From contig CAVUXE010000052.1 of NCBI GenBank assembly GCA_963745235.1, forward strand, positions 224,001 through 288,000: DNA of 64,000 nt, in the 5' to 3' direction. Position 1 is the stretch's first letter. The number at the start of each line of letters is the position of its first letter. Below are positions 9,676-22,365 of this stretch, one piece after another. The notes below the pieces were generated by a model. That model did not search any database and was not told the DNA's origin. It saw only the letters and a program-made list of their open reading frames with translations. A program made the translations under genes and the position numbers. This DNA is from an uncultured Spirochaetota bacterium (GTDB lineage: Bacteria > Spirochaetota > Spirochaetia > SZUA-6 > Fen-1364).

Positions 9676-11376
9676 CTACTCCTCCACGAGCCAGGTCCGA
9701 ATGAGCTGCGCCACGTCCTCGGGATGCTCGCGCGCCATGTTCACCGCGTTCTCCTGCATCTCCAGGCGGGCCCTGTCCTCAACGGAAAGCTCGACCTCCA
9801 CTCCCTGCTCCTCGGCCGTGCGCAGGGCAGCCTCGCGCATTGCCTGGTGCTGCCGGGCAAGCTCTTCCTCACGCAGCCTGCGCCTCCGTTCCGCTTCCTT
9901 GGCGATGAGGCGATAGGCGACGACCAGGAAGAGGACCAACCCGATGCCGATCAGGACCATGTAGATGGTCCTTCGGACCGCCATGGCATGGCGGAACACC
10001 GAGTCTTCCTTCTCGAACTGGATGCTGCGGTCGAACTGGATGGACTGAACTTCCACGTTGTCTCCACGGTCGCGATCGAAGCCGACTGCGCCCTGGATGA
10101 GCGCCTTGGCCTTGGCCAGATCGTCATCTGAGACGGGCGTGTAGTCCCTTTGGATGCTTCCGTCGGGATTCAAGAGCACCTGACCCTTCTGGTCGTATTT
10201 TACTCTCCAAACCCCGTCAATGGCCACACCCGTTGTGATCCTCTGGATCTCCCAGGGTTGTTTTTCCTCGCTGGTCACTTTCTTGTTGATCTCGTTGTTC
10301 GTGGTCTGCGAGCTCTTGTCATACTTGCCGACGAGGTTTGACAGGTCCTTGTAGGCGGGCGGCGTCTGTCCTTCCTGCCCCGGAGGCCCCTCGGGATTGA
10401 AGCCGGTCCCCTGGAAATGCTCCTCGATGGACTGCGTGGAGCGCGCAATGGAGGGGGCATACTTCGGAGGGGTGAAGCGCGTCGCCGGCTCGATTGCGAT
10501 GGGTGAGAACTCCTCGGCCGTGGAGGACACCTTGCTCATGTCCAGCTTGATGTCGATCTTGAGTATCCTGACACGGTCCTGGCTGAAGATGTCGCGGAGC
10601 GCCTCCGTGATCTCGGAGTTGTACTTGGTCTCGAGCTCCTGCTTGACCTTCAGCTCCCGCTTTGCCAGCTCCAGCCTGTCCACTTCCGCGAGGTCGGCAA
10701 AGTCGTTCAACTGGAGCCCCGTGTTGTCGGTTATGACAATGTCCTCGGGCTTCAGCCCCGCGACCGCCAGGGTGATAAGGCGCTGCACTCCCATGATCTT
10801 CTTGCGGTTTGTCGCGAAGTCCGAACCGGGCTTCGGTGTAATGATGATGGAAGCCGTGGTCGGCTTCTGGTCCGCCGTGAAGAGCTCCGTCTTGGGCACC
10901 ACCAGGGTGACGCTCACGTTGTCCACGTCATCCAGCGCCCGGATATGCTGCTCCAGCTGTTTCGTGACGGCCCGCTGCAGGTTGACGTCCCGCTCGAAGT
11001 CCGTGGTGGTCCAGCGCTCCATGTCAAACAAGGCCCACGGATCGGTGCCCTTGGGGATCAGGTTCTCCTCGTTGAGCACCACCCTCACGTGACGGGCTGA
11101 TTTCTCGTCCGCGACGTAGAAGATGTTGTCGGGACGCAGCTGGTACTTGACGCCCATCTCATCCAGCTTGGCCGCGATCTGCAGACGCGCATCACTGTCG
11201 GTGATCGGGTTCGAGATGAGCGGCACCATGGACGGCGTCGCGCTGAAGCTGAACAGCAATATCACCGCCAGGATGCTCGCGCCGATGATCGAGAACAGGA
11301 CGACCTTCTGGGTCGTATTCCACCGGGCCCAGAGCCCGGTCAGCTGCTCACGGATCCGCTTCCACCACTCGTTCAT
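9676..11376 (-). CDS. fliF: Flagellar M-ring protein FliF
   Basis: Two TM helices, RBM domains, C-terminal PEDVAQLIRTWL. Confidence 0.96.
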   Translation of the reverse strand: MNEWWKRIREQLTGLWARWNTTQKVVLFSIIGASILAVILLFSFSATPSMVPLISNPITDSDARLQIAAKLDEMGVKYQLRPDNIFYVADEKSARHVRVVLNEENLIPKGTDPWALFDMERWTTTDFERDVNLQRAVTKQLEQHIRALDDVDNVSVTLVVPKTELFTADQKPTTASIIITPKPGSDFATNRKKIMGVQRLITLAVAGLKPEDIVITDNTGLQLNDFADLAEVDRLELAKRELKVKQELETKYNSEITEALRDIFSQDRVRILKIDIKLDMSKVSSTAEEFSPIAIEPATRFTPPKYAPSIARSTQSIEEHFQGTGFNPEGPPGQEGQTPPAYKDLSNLVGKYDKSSQTTNNEINKKVTSEEKQPWEIQRITTGVAIDGVWRVKYDQKGQVLLNPDGSIQRDYTPVSDDDLAKAKALIQGAVGFDRDRGDNVEVQSIQFDRSIQFEKEDSVFRHAMAVRRTIYMVLIGIGLVLFLVVAYRLIAKEAERRRRLREEELARQHQAMREAALRTAEEQGVEVELSVEDRARLEMQENAVNMAREHPEDVAQLIRTWLVEE

Positions 11377-11416
11377 GTCCCCTCCCTGTCATGCCCTTGT
11401 GCCTTCTTCTCCTGCC

Positions 11417-11745
11417 TTACCGTACGTTGATTATTTCTCTGTATGCCGCGAGCGCCCTGTCCACGATGGCCTTGGTCATGGAGAGCGAAAGGTTCGCCTC
11501 CGCCAGCGCAATGGTCACGTCGTGAACGTTCACCGAGTCAGGGTTCGTGACCATCTGCTGCGTGAGGTCCATGCTTTTGAGCTGGCTGTCGTTCACGCTC
11601 CCCAGCGCGCCCAGGAGCAGGTTCCCGAAGGAGCCCTCAGGTCCGGCCGCCGGGGCCGCCTGCTCCCCGATGCCCGGCAATGTGGCGCGGGTCCGTGCGC
11701 GCCAGTTCTCACCACGTCGCCGAACGCCTGAATGGGATCACTCAT
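11417..11745 (-). CDS. fliE: Flagellar hook-basal body protein FliE (frameshifted 5' end, probably indel errors)
   Basis: C-terminal VHDVTIALAEANLSLSMTKAIVDRALAAYREIINVR; likely start MSDPIQAFGD at 11745 is out of frame. Confidence 0.88.
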
Positions 11746-11749
11746 TCAC

Positions 11750-12210
11750 TCATCTCCCTATCTCGAGGGCCTTGAGGAACATGGCCTTCGTGGCGTTGAT
11801 GACAGCGGAGTTCGCCTCGTAGGAGCGCGAAGCGGCTGATCATGTCCACCATCTCGTTCACGATGTTCACGTTGGGGAACTCCACGTAGCCCTTGCGGGG
11901 CCCCGTCTTGATGGCGTCAGGATGCGTGGGGTCGTACACGAGCCGCGGGTTGGTGGCGTAGTCCTTTTCCACCTTGGCCACGCGCACGCCCTTGCCCACT
12001 TCGTCCTTCAGGTAGCGTGGGGAGGAACGGGCTGCGCCAGTACGGCTCTTCAACGCGCGGGCGGAAGATCACCCGGCTCCTCCGGAAAGGCCCGCCCTCC
12101 GTGGTCCGCGTGGTGTTGACGTTCGCGATGTTGTCGGCAATCACGTCGAGGCGAAGCTTCTCAGCGGTCAGCCCCGATGCCGCCGTGGTGATGCTGCTGA
12201 ACATTCCCAT
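11750..12210 (-). CDS. flgC: Flagellar basal body rod protein FlgC (frameshifted, probably indel errors)
   Basis: [20 protein letters not shown]; YDPTHPDA...[18 protein letters not shown]; ...FLKALEIGR split over three frames. Confidence 0.93.
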
Positions 12211-12214
12211 CGTC

Positions 12215-12632
12215 TTACCTCAGCACGATATTCACGCCCTGGATCTCGCTGGTCACCGCCTGAGTCAGGGTCGTGTAAAGGAGCTGGTTGGTCAGGGCGT
12301 TCGTGCCCTCCTCCTCGATGTCCACGTTGTTGCCGTTGTTCTTCGCCTCCGTGAGGTAGTCAAGGACGCGCCGCGGCTTCACCTGCGTCCAGTCGATGGG
12401 CTGGTCGAACGGGATGTCGCGTGGATTGGTGATGACCTGGGGGAACCTCGGGCGGCTTCTCCGACTCCAGCGCCCGTCGGAGCTGGCTTTCGAAGTTCAC
12501 GACGCTGCGCTTGAAGTTCGGCGTGTCGGCGTTTGCGATGTTGTTGGCGATCACGTTCTGGCGGAGCGCCGCGACGTCAAGCTCGCGAGTCATGATCTCG
12601 AGGTTTTTTCCAAAGGATCCGGCAAAAACCAT
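12215..12632 (-). CDS. flgB: Flagellar basal body rod protein FlgB (frameshifted, probably indel errors)
   Basis: [19 protein letters not shown]; downstream frame has [11 protein letters not shown]. Confidence 0.92.
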
Positions 12633-12706
12633 GCTCTTCTTCTCCTACTCTATCTTCGGCTTGTTTCCCGCGCTGCCAAAGGGCTGCGCGCCGTTGGCCT
12701 CATCGT

Positions 12707-14139
<1,433 letters not shown>

Positions 14140-14143
<4 letters not shown>

Positions 14144-14692
14144 GCCAGCTCCTCCACGAGGATCTCGTCGTTGGTATAGATGCAGATCCCCGCCGCGATG
14201 CGCAGGGACTTCTCCGCGATCTCGCGCGCCCCGAGCTTCGAGGCGTCGAGGTACGCGCGCGCCGCCGCGTAGGCGATAGCTGCCGCCGGAGCCGATGGCA
14301 ATGACCCCTTCGTCCGGCTCGATCACGTCGCCGGTGCCGGAGATGAGGAACGTGGCCTTCTTGTCCGCCACGAGGAGCAGCGCCTCCAGGCGCCGAAGGA
14401 TCCTGTCCGTGCGCCAGTCCTTTGCCAGCTCCACCGCCGCGCGCGTGATGTCCCCGCCGTACTCCTTCACCTTGCCCTCGAAGCGCTCGAACAGGGTGAA
14501 GGCGTCCGCCGTGGCTCCGGCGAAGCCGACGAGGATCTTCCCGTCGTAGATCTTCCTGATCTTGCGCGCGTTCGACTTCATCACCGTGGCGCCCATGGTG
14601 ACCTGGCCGTCGCCGGCCATGGCGACGGCGCCTCCTGCGCACGGCGATGACCGTGGTCCCGTGAAACGTATCTGCCCTCTCTCAGTTGGCAT
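14140..14692 (-). CDS. hslV: ATP-dependent protease subunit HslV (frameshifted, probably indel errors)
   Basis: [51 protein letters not shown]. Confidence 0.93.
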
Positions 14693-15589
14693 GGGGATGC
14701 GCCCTCCTGTAGACTTTTTTCAGCTTTTCCAGCCCGACGTGCGTGTACACCTGCGTGGTGGAAAGGCTGGCGTGGCCGAGCAGCTCCTGCACGGCCCTGA
14801 TGTCGGCGCCCCTGTCCAGCAGGTGCGTGGCAAAGGAATGGCGGAACGTGTGCGGGGTCACGCGCTTGCCGAGGTTTGCCCGGGAAAGGTATTCGCCGAG
14901 GATGAACCTCACTCCCCGGTCGGTGATCCGCCCGCCCCGCTGGTTGATGAAGAGCTGCCCGGACGGCATCCGGGGCGGCGCCGGAGAAGGGCGCATGTGA
15001 CGAACGGCACGTCATGTATGCCGCAGCGAAGACAGCGGCGGGGCCCCGAGGAACACGTTGCGCTCCTTGGAGCCTTTGCCCAGGACCCGGGCGCGTTGAG
15101 TTCTTCAGATCGACGTCCGCGAGGTCCAGGGAGACGAGCTCCGAGATGCGGCAGCCCGTGGAATACAGGGTCTCCAGGACCGCCCTGTCCCGCAGCTTCC
15201 AGAACGATCCTCTCCCGCGCAGGAGGTCTGGGCGGCATCTCGATCAGCCGCGCCATCTCTTCTTCGAAGAGGAACGAGGGAGGCGCTTCTCCGTGCGCAG
15301 GCTGCGGATTTCGGCGAAGGGATTGGCGCCTATCTGCCCGCGGCGCTCCATGTAGCGATACCATCCGCGGACCCCGGACACCATCCTGTTGACCGACCGG
15401 GGGGAAAGCCCGTCCCGGGTGAGCCAGCCCACGAATCCGCGCGCATCCGCGAGTCCCGCCTCTCCGGGGATCGACCGCCCGCTCCTCGAGGAATGCCTCG
15501 TACTTCTGCAGGTCCTTCCCGTAGGACTCCAGCGTGTGAGCGGAGAGGTTGCGTACCGAGCGGAGGTAGGACAGGTAGTCTTCACGCAC
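14682..15589 (-). CDS. xerC: Tyrosine recombinase XerC (frameshifted, probably indel errors)
   Basis: [17 protein letters not shown]-terminus; [14 protein letters not shown]...[18 protein letters not shown]-terminus. Confidence 0.88.
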
Positions 15590-17732
15590 TCTGGTCGTCC
15601 GCCTCTTTCGTGTGCAGGTAGTCGCAGGCGGGATTGATGCAGGACTTGTACGTCCCCCGCTGCCTGTCTTCCTTCTCCACCAGGAACCAGCCGCACTTCG
15701 GGCACTTGGAGTCCGTGGGCTTGAAGTACGTCACGAAGTCGCACGCGGGATAGTTGGTGCACCCGTAGAACTCCCGCCCCCTGCCGCGCTTGCGCTTGCG
15801 CGCCACGATCTGTCCGCCGCAGTCGCGGCGCGGGCAGGTGGCCAGGGGGACCGGCTTGGTGTTCTTGCACTCGGGGAATCCCGTGCAGGCAAGGAAGAAT
15901 CCGTACCGGCCGAGCTTCTTCACCATGGGCCTGCCGCACACGTCGCAGACCACGTCGGTCTTCTCGTCCATCACGCCCTTGACGGACTCCAGCGTTTCCT
16001 GGACGGAAGCCACCTTGCCTTGGAAGGGCCCGTAGAACTCCCGGATCATCGACTGCCAGTCGGTCTTGCCTTCCTCCACCTCGTCCAGCCTCAGCTCCAT
16101 GGCCGCGGTGAAGTTCGGGTCCAGAAGCTCGGGAAAGGACTTGCTCAGCATGTCGTTGATGATCTTGCCCAGGACGGTCGGGATGAGCTGCCGGGACTTG
16201 CGCACCACGTAGTAGCGGTCCAGCAGCACGGAGATGATGGGAGCATAGGTGGACGGCCTTCCGATGCCCTTTTCTTCCAGGGTCTTCACGATGGTGGCAT
16301 CCGTGTACCGCGGAGGCCCCATGGTGAAATGCTGCTCGGGATGGAACTTGATGAGCTCCAGGGGTTCCCCGACCTCCATGACCGGGAGGGCCTTTGTCTG
16401 CTCCTTGGACGCGAGCAGGGAGAGCGCGTTCTGGAAGCCTTTCTCCACCACGCGTGTGCTGGAGGCCCGGAAAACGCGTTTCCCCTGCCTGGAAGTCCAC
16501 GGTCGTGGTGCTGGCCTTGGAGGGATTCATCTGGGAGGAGACGAACCGCTCCCAGATGATCGAGTACAGGCGGAACTCCTCCGAGGTCAGGATGCTTCTT
16601 CAGCTCGGCCGGCGTGCGTGTGACGTAGGTGGGCCGGATGGCTTCATGCGCGTCCTGCGCTCCTTTGCCCGTGTGCATACACGACGGGAGCCTCAGGAAG
16701 GTCTCCGGGGAACTCTTTGGCGATGTACTCCCGCACCTCTGCCAGCGCGCTTTCCGCGATCCGCGTCGAATCCGTTCTCATGTACGTGATGAGCCCCAGC
16801 CTCTGGGAGCCGACGTTGACCCCCTCATAGAGGCCCTGCGCGATCTGCATTGTCTTGCGGGCGGTGAAACCGAACCTGTTCGCGGCAGTCTGCTGGAGCG
16901 TTGACGTCGTGAAAGGGGGACGCGGGCGTGTCGCCTTCTCGGTCACTTTGACGTCAGAGACGACAAAGGAGGCTCCTTTCAGCGAGTCCACGACGGCCAT
17001 GGTGGATGCCTCGTCCGTGATGGACGGCTTCTCGCCGCGGATGGCGACCAGCGCGGCCCGAAACACCTGTCGGGCGCTTGCGCCCTTGCGCAGCTCCGCC
17101 TCCAGGCTCCAGTACTCTTCCGGGAGGAAGGCTTCTATCTCCGCTTCCCGCTCGCAGATCAGGCGCAGGGCAACCGACTGGACCCTCCCCGCCGAGAGAC
17201 CGTTCTTGACTTTCTTCCACAGGAGAGGGGAAAGAGAGTAGCCGACGATCCTGTCCAGCACGCGCCGCGCCTTTTGCGCGTTGACCTTCGACATGTCGAT
17301 GGTGCCGGGGTGCGCCACCGCGTCCCGGATTGCCTTGGGCGTTATCTCGTTGAAGGTGATGCGCTGGATATCGGGAGCAGGGCGGCCGTTCTGCAGCACA
17401 TTCCTGAGATGGAAGGAGATGGCCTCCCCTTCCCTGTCATTATCAGATGCAAGGAGGATGGCGTCCGCCTTCTTTGCCTTCTGCTTCAGCTCCTTGAGGA
17501 TCTTGGCCTTGCCGCGAACGGTGATGTATTCGGGCTCGAAGGACTTTTCCACATCGATTGCAAGTCGAGACTTCGGCAGGTCTATCAGGTGCCCCATGGA
17601 CGCAGCCACCGTGTAGCCTTTGCCGAGGTACTTCTCTATGGTCTTCCCTTTCGCCGGTGATTCGACGATCATGAGCACCTGTTTTGTGTGTCTCGTTGCG
17701 GCGCGCCGCGCCTTCGGTTCTTTCGCCATCAT
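15582..17732 (-). CDS. topA: DNA topoisomerase I (frameshifts near 16450-16700, probably indel errors)
   Basis: IVESPAK, DNDREGEAI, SAGRVQS, ITYMRTDS, QDAHEAIRPT, GIGRPSTY, C-terminal C4 zinc ribbons. Confidence 0.95.
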
Positions 17733-18784
17733 GTTCTCCAGTAGGTTTCCCCGGCCTTCGTGGCGCAGGTACCTTCCATTTCTTCTTTCATAATCCGTGC
17801 AAGCCTTTCACCCGTTGATTCCCCGGGCCTCGGGCCATGTCCCGGGGCCTCCCGGTAGGGACGCCCCCAGTGCCGCAGCAGCTCAAGCGCCCCGTCCACG
17901 ACGGGCGCCCCAGCGTCGGCAAGCAAGCGCGTGCCGGCCCCGGCGCTGCCCGAGAGTCCGGCTGAGTGAACGCACAACTCGATTCCCTGCTCAAGAGCAT
18001 ACTCCGCGGTGATCAGCGCCCCTGAGCGCTCCGGCGCCTGGACCACCACCACGGCCTTGGAGAGCCCGCTGATGATCCTGTTGCGCGCCGGGAAATGGAA
18101 CCGCAGAGGAGGCGTGCCGGGAGGGTACTCGCTCAGGATTGCCCCTCCGGCCTGCAGGAGAGCTCGCCCGGCGGCCTCGCTGGATTCGGGGTAGACCCGG
18201 TCGATGCCGCTTCCCAGAACGGCAATCGAATAGCCGCCCGCCGCCACACACCCCTCATGCGCCTCCCTGTCGACCCCCTTTGCGAGCCCCGAGACCACCC
18301 CCACCCCCTGGCAGGCCAGCTCGAACCCGAGCCGGAAGGCCGCCTTGCGCGCTCCGCCCGTGGGAAAACGCGTCCCGACAATTCCAGCGAGCAAATGTCC
18401 GTTTTCAGGTAGCGTTCCGCGATAGAAGAGCGTTACGGGCGGATCGAAGATCTCGCGGAGCTGCGGCGGGTACGTCGAGTCCCAGTAGAAGATGCATCCC
18501 AACACGCCTGGGGTCAAGAGCTTTTCCGTCCGGCATGCTTCATCCAGGATTGCCGCGGGATCCCATAGACGCGTCCTCAGTCGACGCCCCAGGAGCGAGC
18601 AAAAGTCAGAACGCGTCAGATCGAAAAGACGGTGCGGAGCACCGAGCATTTCAATGAGGGCCATCTTTTCTCTTGGCGTAAGAAAATCGACGTGGCTGAG
18701 GCCAATCAGGGGAAGCCGCTCTCTTTCGTCCATGCATGAAGTCAATGGCTGAAACGTCAAAGCCGATTTCGTGGCCGATTTCAT
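17729..18784 (-). CDS. dprA: DNA processing protein DprA/Smf (start possibly at 18733)
   Basis: VVSGLAKGVD, FPARNRIISGLS, SGALITA motifs. Confidence 0.95.
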   Translation of the reverse strand: MKSATKSALTFQPLTSCMDERERLPLIGLSHVDFLTPREKMALIEMLGAPHRLFDLTRSDFCSLLGRRLRTRLWDPAAILDEACRTEKLLTPGVLGCIFYWDSTYPPQLREIFDPPVTLFYRGTLPENGHLLAGIVGTRFPTGGARKAAFRLGFELACQGVGVVSGLAKGVDREAHEGCVAAGGYSIAVLGSGIDRVYPESSEAAGRALLQAGGAILSEYPPGTPPLRFHFPARNRIISGLSKAVVVVQAPERSGALITAEYALEQGIELCVHSAGLSGSAGAGTRLLADAGAPVVDGALELLRHWGRPYREAPGHGPRPGESTGERLARIMKEEMEGTCATKAGETYWRT

Positions 18785-19782
18785 GAGGACTTCCCACCTT
18801 TCGGCGGGTCGCCGCCAACCCCTGACACCCCCTGTTGGGCAGCCTTCGGCCGTCCGGCCTCGACGTGATGGGCGACCTCCGGTTGCTCAGCACCCCGCGG
18901 ATGAAACTCCCTGTGCGTCTGCCGAAGGACCTCCTGGCTCACGTGGGTATAGATCTGCGTGGTGCCGATGTCCGCGTGGCCAAGGAGCTCCTGCACGGAC
19001 CTGAGGTCGGCTCCCCCCTGCAGGAGGTGCGTCGCAAAGGAATGACGCAGCGCATGCACCTTCGATGTCGTAATGCCCGCGCGAGCGGCGGTCCGCATGA
19101 ACGTCTTCCACACCGTCTTGCGCGACAGTTTGCGGCCGGCGCGGCCAAGGAAGAGCCAGTCAACAGCGGGCCCCTTGCGAAGCAAGGACGGGCGGACGGA
19201 AGAAAGATAGACCGCAAGCTCCTGCTTCGCGCGCTCCCCCAGGGGGACCAGACGCTCCCGCGAGCCCTTTCCCATGACCCGGACCACTTTCTCCGCCAGT
19301 GACACCCGGCCAATTGTGAGCTCAATTGCCTCGCTCACGCGAAGACCGCAGGAGTAGATCAGCTCGAAAAGAGCCTTGTCCCTCCGGCCCAGCGGCGTGC
19401 CCACGGGGCAGGCATCCAGCAGCCTGTCCACTTCCTCCGGCTGCAGAAACCGTGGGATGCGCATTGTCACGTGGGTACTATCCAGCAGACGAGCCGGATT
19501 TCCCTTGCTCTTTCCATCCAGAACAAGGAATCGGAAAAACGAGCGGATTGCAGAGGAGCCCTTGGCGATGGTCCGGGGATCCACGCCGTCGACCTGCCTT
19601 CGCGTAATGTAGTCAGTCACGTCGTTCAGCGTTGCTTCCTCAGCTCCGCGGCCGTTTGCCCCTAGAAACTCGAGGAACTGGCGGATCTCGGCGGCATACG
19701 TGGACACCGTCAACGGGGACAGGCCCCTTTCCGCGGTGAGATATTCCGCGAACTGGGCGGTCACTACCGTAGCCCTGCTCAT
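18781..19782 (-). CDS. xerD: Tyrosine recombinase XerD
   Basis: [46 protein letters not shown]. Confidence 0.9.
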   Translation of the reverse strand: MSRATVVTAQFAEYLTAERGLSPLTVSTYAAEIRQFLEFLGANGRGAEEATLNDVTDYITRRQVDGVDPRTIAKGSSAIRSFFRFLVLDGKSKGNPARLLDSTHVTMRIPRFLQPEEVDRLLDACPVGTPLGRRDKALFELIYSCGLRVSEAIELTIGRVSLAEKVVRVMGKGSRERLVPLGERAKQELAVYLSSVRPSLLRKGPAVDWLFLGRAGRKLSRKTVWKTFMRTAARAGITTSKVHALRHSFATHLLQGGADLRSVQELLGHADIGTTQIYTHVSQEVLRQTHREFHPRGAEQPEVAHHVEAGRPKAAQQGVSGVGGDPPKGGKSS

Positions 19783-19792
19783 CGGAGGTCCT

Positions 19793-20946
19793 TCATTCCT
19801 TCTGGCCCGCCACGCGCTTCTCCCGAAGAACCGTGGGCACGCTCAGGTCGGCTTCCCGCGAGTTCCTGCCAAGGAGAAAGTCCTCTGCATGCGGGCGGTG
19901 CGTCGACTTTCCCATAGATGCCCACTCTTCGTAGGGGATCATTTCCCCCTCCTGGCGCTCGGGCTCGGGGGCGCGCTGGGGTTTTTCTGGCGTGAAACCG
20001 GTCGCAATCACGGTGACGCGGATGCGGTCGTTCATGGACTCCACGATGGAGGTCCCGGAGATGATCAGCGCATCATCATCAGCGTTCGCGGTGATGATCT
20101 TGAGCACTTCCTCGTACTCGGAAAGGCTGAAATCGAATCCCCCGGTGACGTTCACAAGGATCCCCTTGGCGCCTTCCACCCGCGCATCCTCCAGGAGCGG
20201 ATTGCTGATGGCGTTGGTGGCGGCATCCGTGGCGCGGTTGTCTCCGGTGCCGATGCCGATGCCCATGAGAGCATCCCCCTTGCCTTTCATGATGGTGCGC
20301 ACATCCGCAAAATCAATGTTGATCTCTCCCGGCTCGGTGATCAGGTCCGAGATCCCCTGCACGCCCTGGCGCAGAACTTCGTCAGCCATGAAGAACGCCT
20401 CCCTGATGGGAGTCCGCTTTTCAGCGATCTTCAGGAGATGCTGGTTGGGAATGGTGATGAGAGTATCGACTTCCTGGCGGAGCTTCCCGATTCCCTCCTC
20501 CGCCAGCTGCATCTTGCGCTTGCCTTCAAAATCGAACGGCTTGGTCACCACGGCCACGGTGAGGGCGCCGATCTGGCGGGCAACTTTTGCGACAATCGGG
20601 GCAGCACCGGTGCCGGTCCGCCCCCCATTCCGGCGGTGATGAAGACCATGTCGGAGCCCTTCAGCAGCGCCTGGAGCCTCTCCTCGTCTTCCAGAGCGGC
20701 CTTTTCACCGATCTCCGGAATCCCCCCCGCGCCGAGGCCGCCGGTGAGCTTTGTTCCAATAGCCAGCCTCGTCTCAGCGTTGGAGCTGTGCAGCGCCTGC
20801 TGATCGGTGTTGACCGCCACGAACGACACGTTCTTCAACCCCATGGCGATCATGCGGTTGACGGCATTGCTGCCGCCGCCGCCCACCCCGACGACTCTTA
20901 TGATTGTCGGGCTGACTCCCTTCGTGTCGAAAAGCTCGATGTTCAT
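19793..20946 (-). CDS. ftsZ: Cell division protein FtsZ (one frameshift near 20615, almost certainly a sequencing indel)
   Basis: [14 protein letters not shown]; tubulin signature GMGGGTGTG restored by one added A; INIDFADV; C-terminal VPTVLR. Confidence 0.96.
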
Positions 20947-20973
20947 GTCCCCCTCCCGTAGACATGGATGTCT

Positions 20974-21108
20974 GAGCCGCGCCGTGCACAGGGACGTGCG
21001 TAAGGCGCGGCCCAGACACGGACGTCGGAGCCGCGCCGAGCCTCCCACGGTGCGGCGTACTCGCCGAACGGGCACTCCCGCCCACCGTGGGACTGCCGAA
21101 GGCGCGGC
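20974..21108. repeat. Structured ftsA-ftsZ spacer containing a 28-bp twin-hairpin element (21053-21080)
   Basis: GCCGCGCC...GGCGCGGC arms occur twice; a 10-bp stem TCCCACGGTG/CACCGTGGGA encloses CGGCG-TACT-CGCCG-AA-CGGG-CACT-CCCG. Confidence 0.65.
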
Positions 21109-21124
21109 AGTGCCTGCTATTTCA

Positions 21125-22360
21125 TCAGAAAAAATCCTTGAACCATGACCTCATCCGCTCCCATACACTTGTGAACGTGCTCTCACTGGAGCTGGTGTCA
21201 AAGCCCTCGCTCCCCTCCCGTGATGCTCCGAACAGTACCAGGCCCACGCCGGTGGCGAACATCGGATCACAGTATTCCTCCACCAGCCCGCCAACCTTGA
21301 CAGGGTAGCCGACCCGGGCGGGAAGCCCGAAAATTTCGGAGGCCAGCTCTGCGGTGCCGGCCAGAAGCGAGCCGCCCCCCGTGAGCACCACGCCGCCGCC
21401 CAGCAGGTGCAGGTACCCTTTCTTCTCGATCTGCTCTTTGACCATCCCCAGGATCTCCGCCATTCGCGGCTGGATGATGTCAGCCATTGCGCGCCGCCCC
21501 ACCTTCCGGGGAGGCCTTCCGCCTACGCCCGGAATGACGACCTCTGAATCCTCCATGATGGCAGGCGCGTAGCAGCAGCCGTGCTCCTTCTTGACCTTCT
21601 CCGCGACCTCCAGCGGCGTTTTGAGCATGATGGACAGGTCGCTCGTCACCTGCTCTCCGCCGATGGAAAGCACCTCGGTATGGTAGGGCGCGCCTTCCAG
21701 GTGGACCAGGACGTCCGTTGTGCCGCCGCCCAGGTCGATCAGGAGAACACCCAGCTCCCTCTCATCAGCGGTGAGCACGGCCTTCGAGGAGGCAAGCGGC
21801 TCCAGGACGATGTCGTTGACCTTGAAGCCGGCCCTGTTGACGCATTTCACGATGTTCTGCGCGGAGGTGACAGCCCCTGTAATGATGTGCGCTTCCGCCT
21901 CGAGGCGAACGCCGACCATCCCGACCGGGTTCTTTATCCCGCCCTGTTGATCGACAATGAACTCCTGCGGGATCACGTGCAGAACCTCTCGGTCCATGGG
22001 GATGACGATGGCTTTTGCCGCGTCTATGACGCGGTCCACGTCTTCCTTGGCAATCTCCCTGTCCTTGCCCGTCACGGCAACCACCCCGCGGGAATTGATC
22101 CCCTCGATGTGGCCGCCGGCAACGCCAGTGTAGACGCCGTGCACCTCGCGGCCGGACATGAGCTCCGCGGACTCCACGGCGTTCTGAATGGACTTGACAG
22201 TCGACTCGATGTTGATCACCACGCCGCGGCGCAGGCCGCGCGACGGGGTGGTGCCGACGCCGATGATCTCCAGCTGTCCGGTTTCATTGAACTCGCCGAT
22301 GATGGCACACACCTTGGTCGTGCCGATGTCCAGTCCGACGATGAGCTCCTCGGATGCCAC
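21125..22360 (-). CDS. ftsA: Cell division protein FtsA
   Basis: [27 protein letters not shown]-terminal amphipathic WFKDFF. Confidence 0.98.
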   Translation of the reverse strand: MASEELIVGLDIGTTKVCAIIGEFNETGQLEIIGVGTTPSRGLRRGVVINIESTVKSIQNAVESAELMSGREVHGVYTGVAGGHIEGINSRGVVAVTGKDREIAKEDVDRVIDAAKAIVIPMDREVLHVIPQEFIVDQQGGIKNPVGMVGVRLEAEAHIITGAVTSAQNIVKCVNRAGFKVNDIVLEPLASSKAVLTADERELGVLLIDLGGGTTDVLVHLEGAPYHTEVLSIGGEQVTSDLSIMLKTPLEVAEKVKKEHGCCYAPAIMEDSEVVIPGVGGRPPRKVGRRAMADIIQPRMAEILGMVKEQIEKKGYLHLLGGGVVLTGGGSLLAGTAELASEIFGLPARVGYPVKVGGLVEEYCDPMFATGVGLVLFGASREGSEGFDTSSSESTFTSVWERMRSWFKDFF

Positions 22361-22365
22361 CGCCT

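Noticed and set aside
6010-9916. Long antisense ORFs (e.g. 6010-7620 +, 8138-9916 +, 44496-45956 +, 54357-55916 -)
   Set aside because: Shadow ORFs opposite well-supported genes, expected from high GC3 codon bias, with no recognisable motifs.
12640-12690. Sigma28 promoter upstream of flgB (GCCGAAGA on the minus strand)
   Set aside because: The -10-like box has two mismatches and there is no TAAA-like -35 at the right spacing; too weak to call.
14682-19782. Integrative element bounded by two tyrosine recombinases
   Set aside because: They are XerC/XerD-type genes flanking the core genes dprA and topA, in the arrangement known from treponemes; no att sites or cargo are evident.
20600-20630. 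Programmed ribosomal frameshift in ftsZ (also recN near 37105 and flbD near 1852)
   Set aside because: Each break is at or beside a short homopolymer within a conserved region, with no evident slippery heptamer plus stimulator; typical long-read indels.
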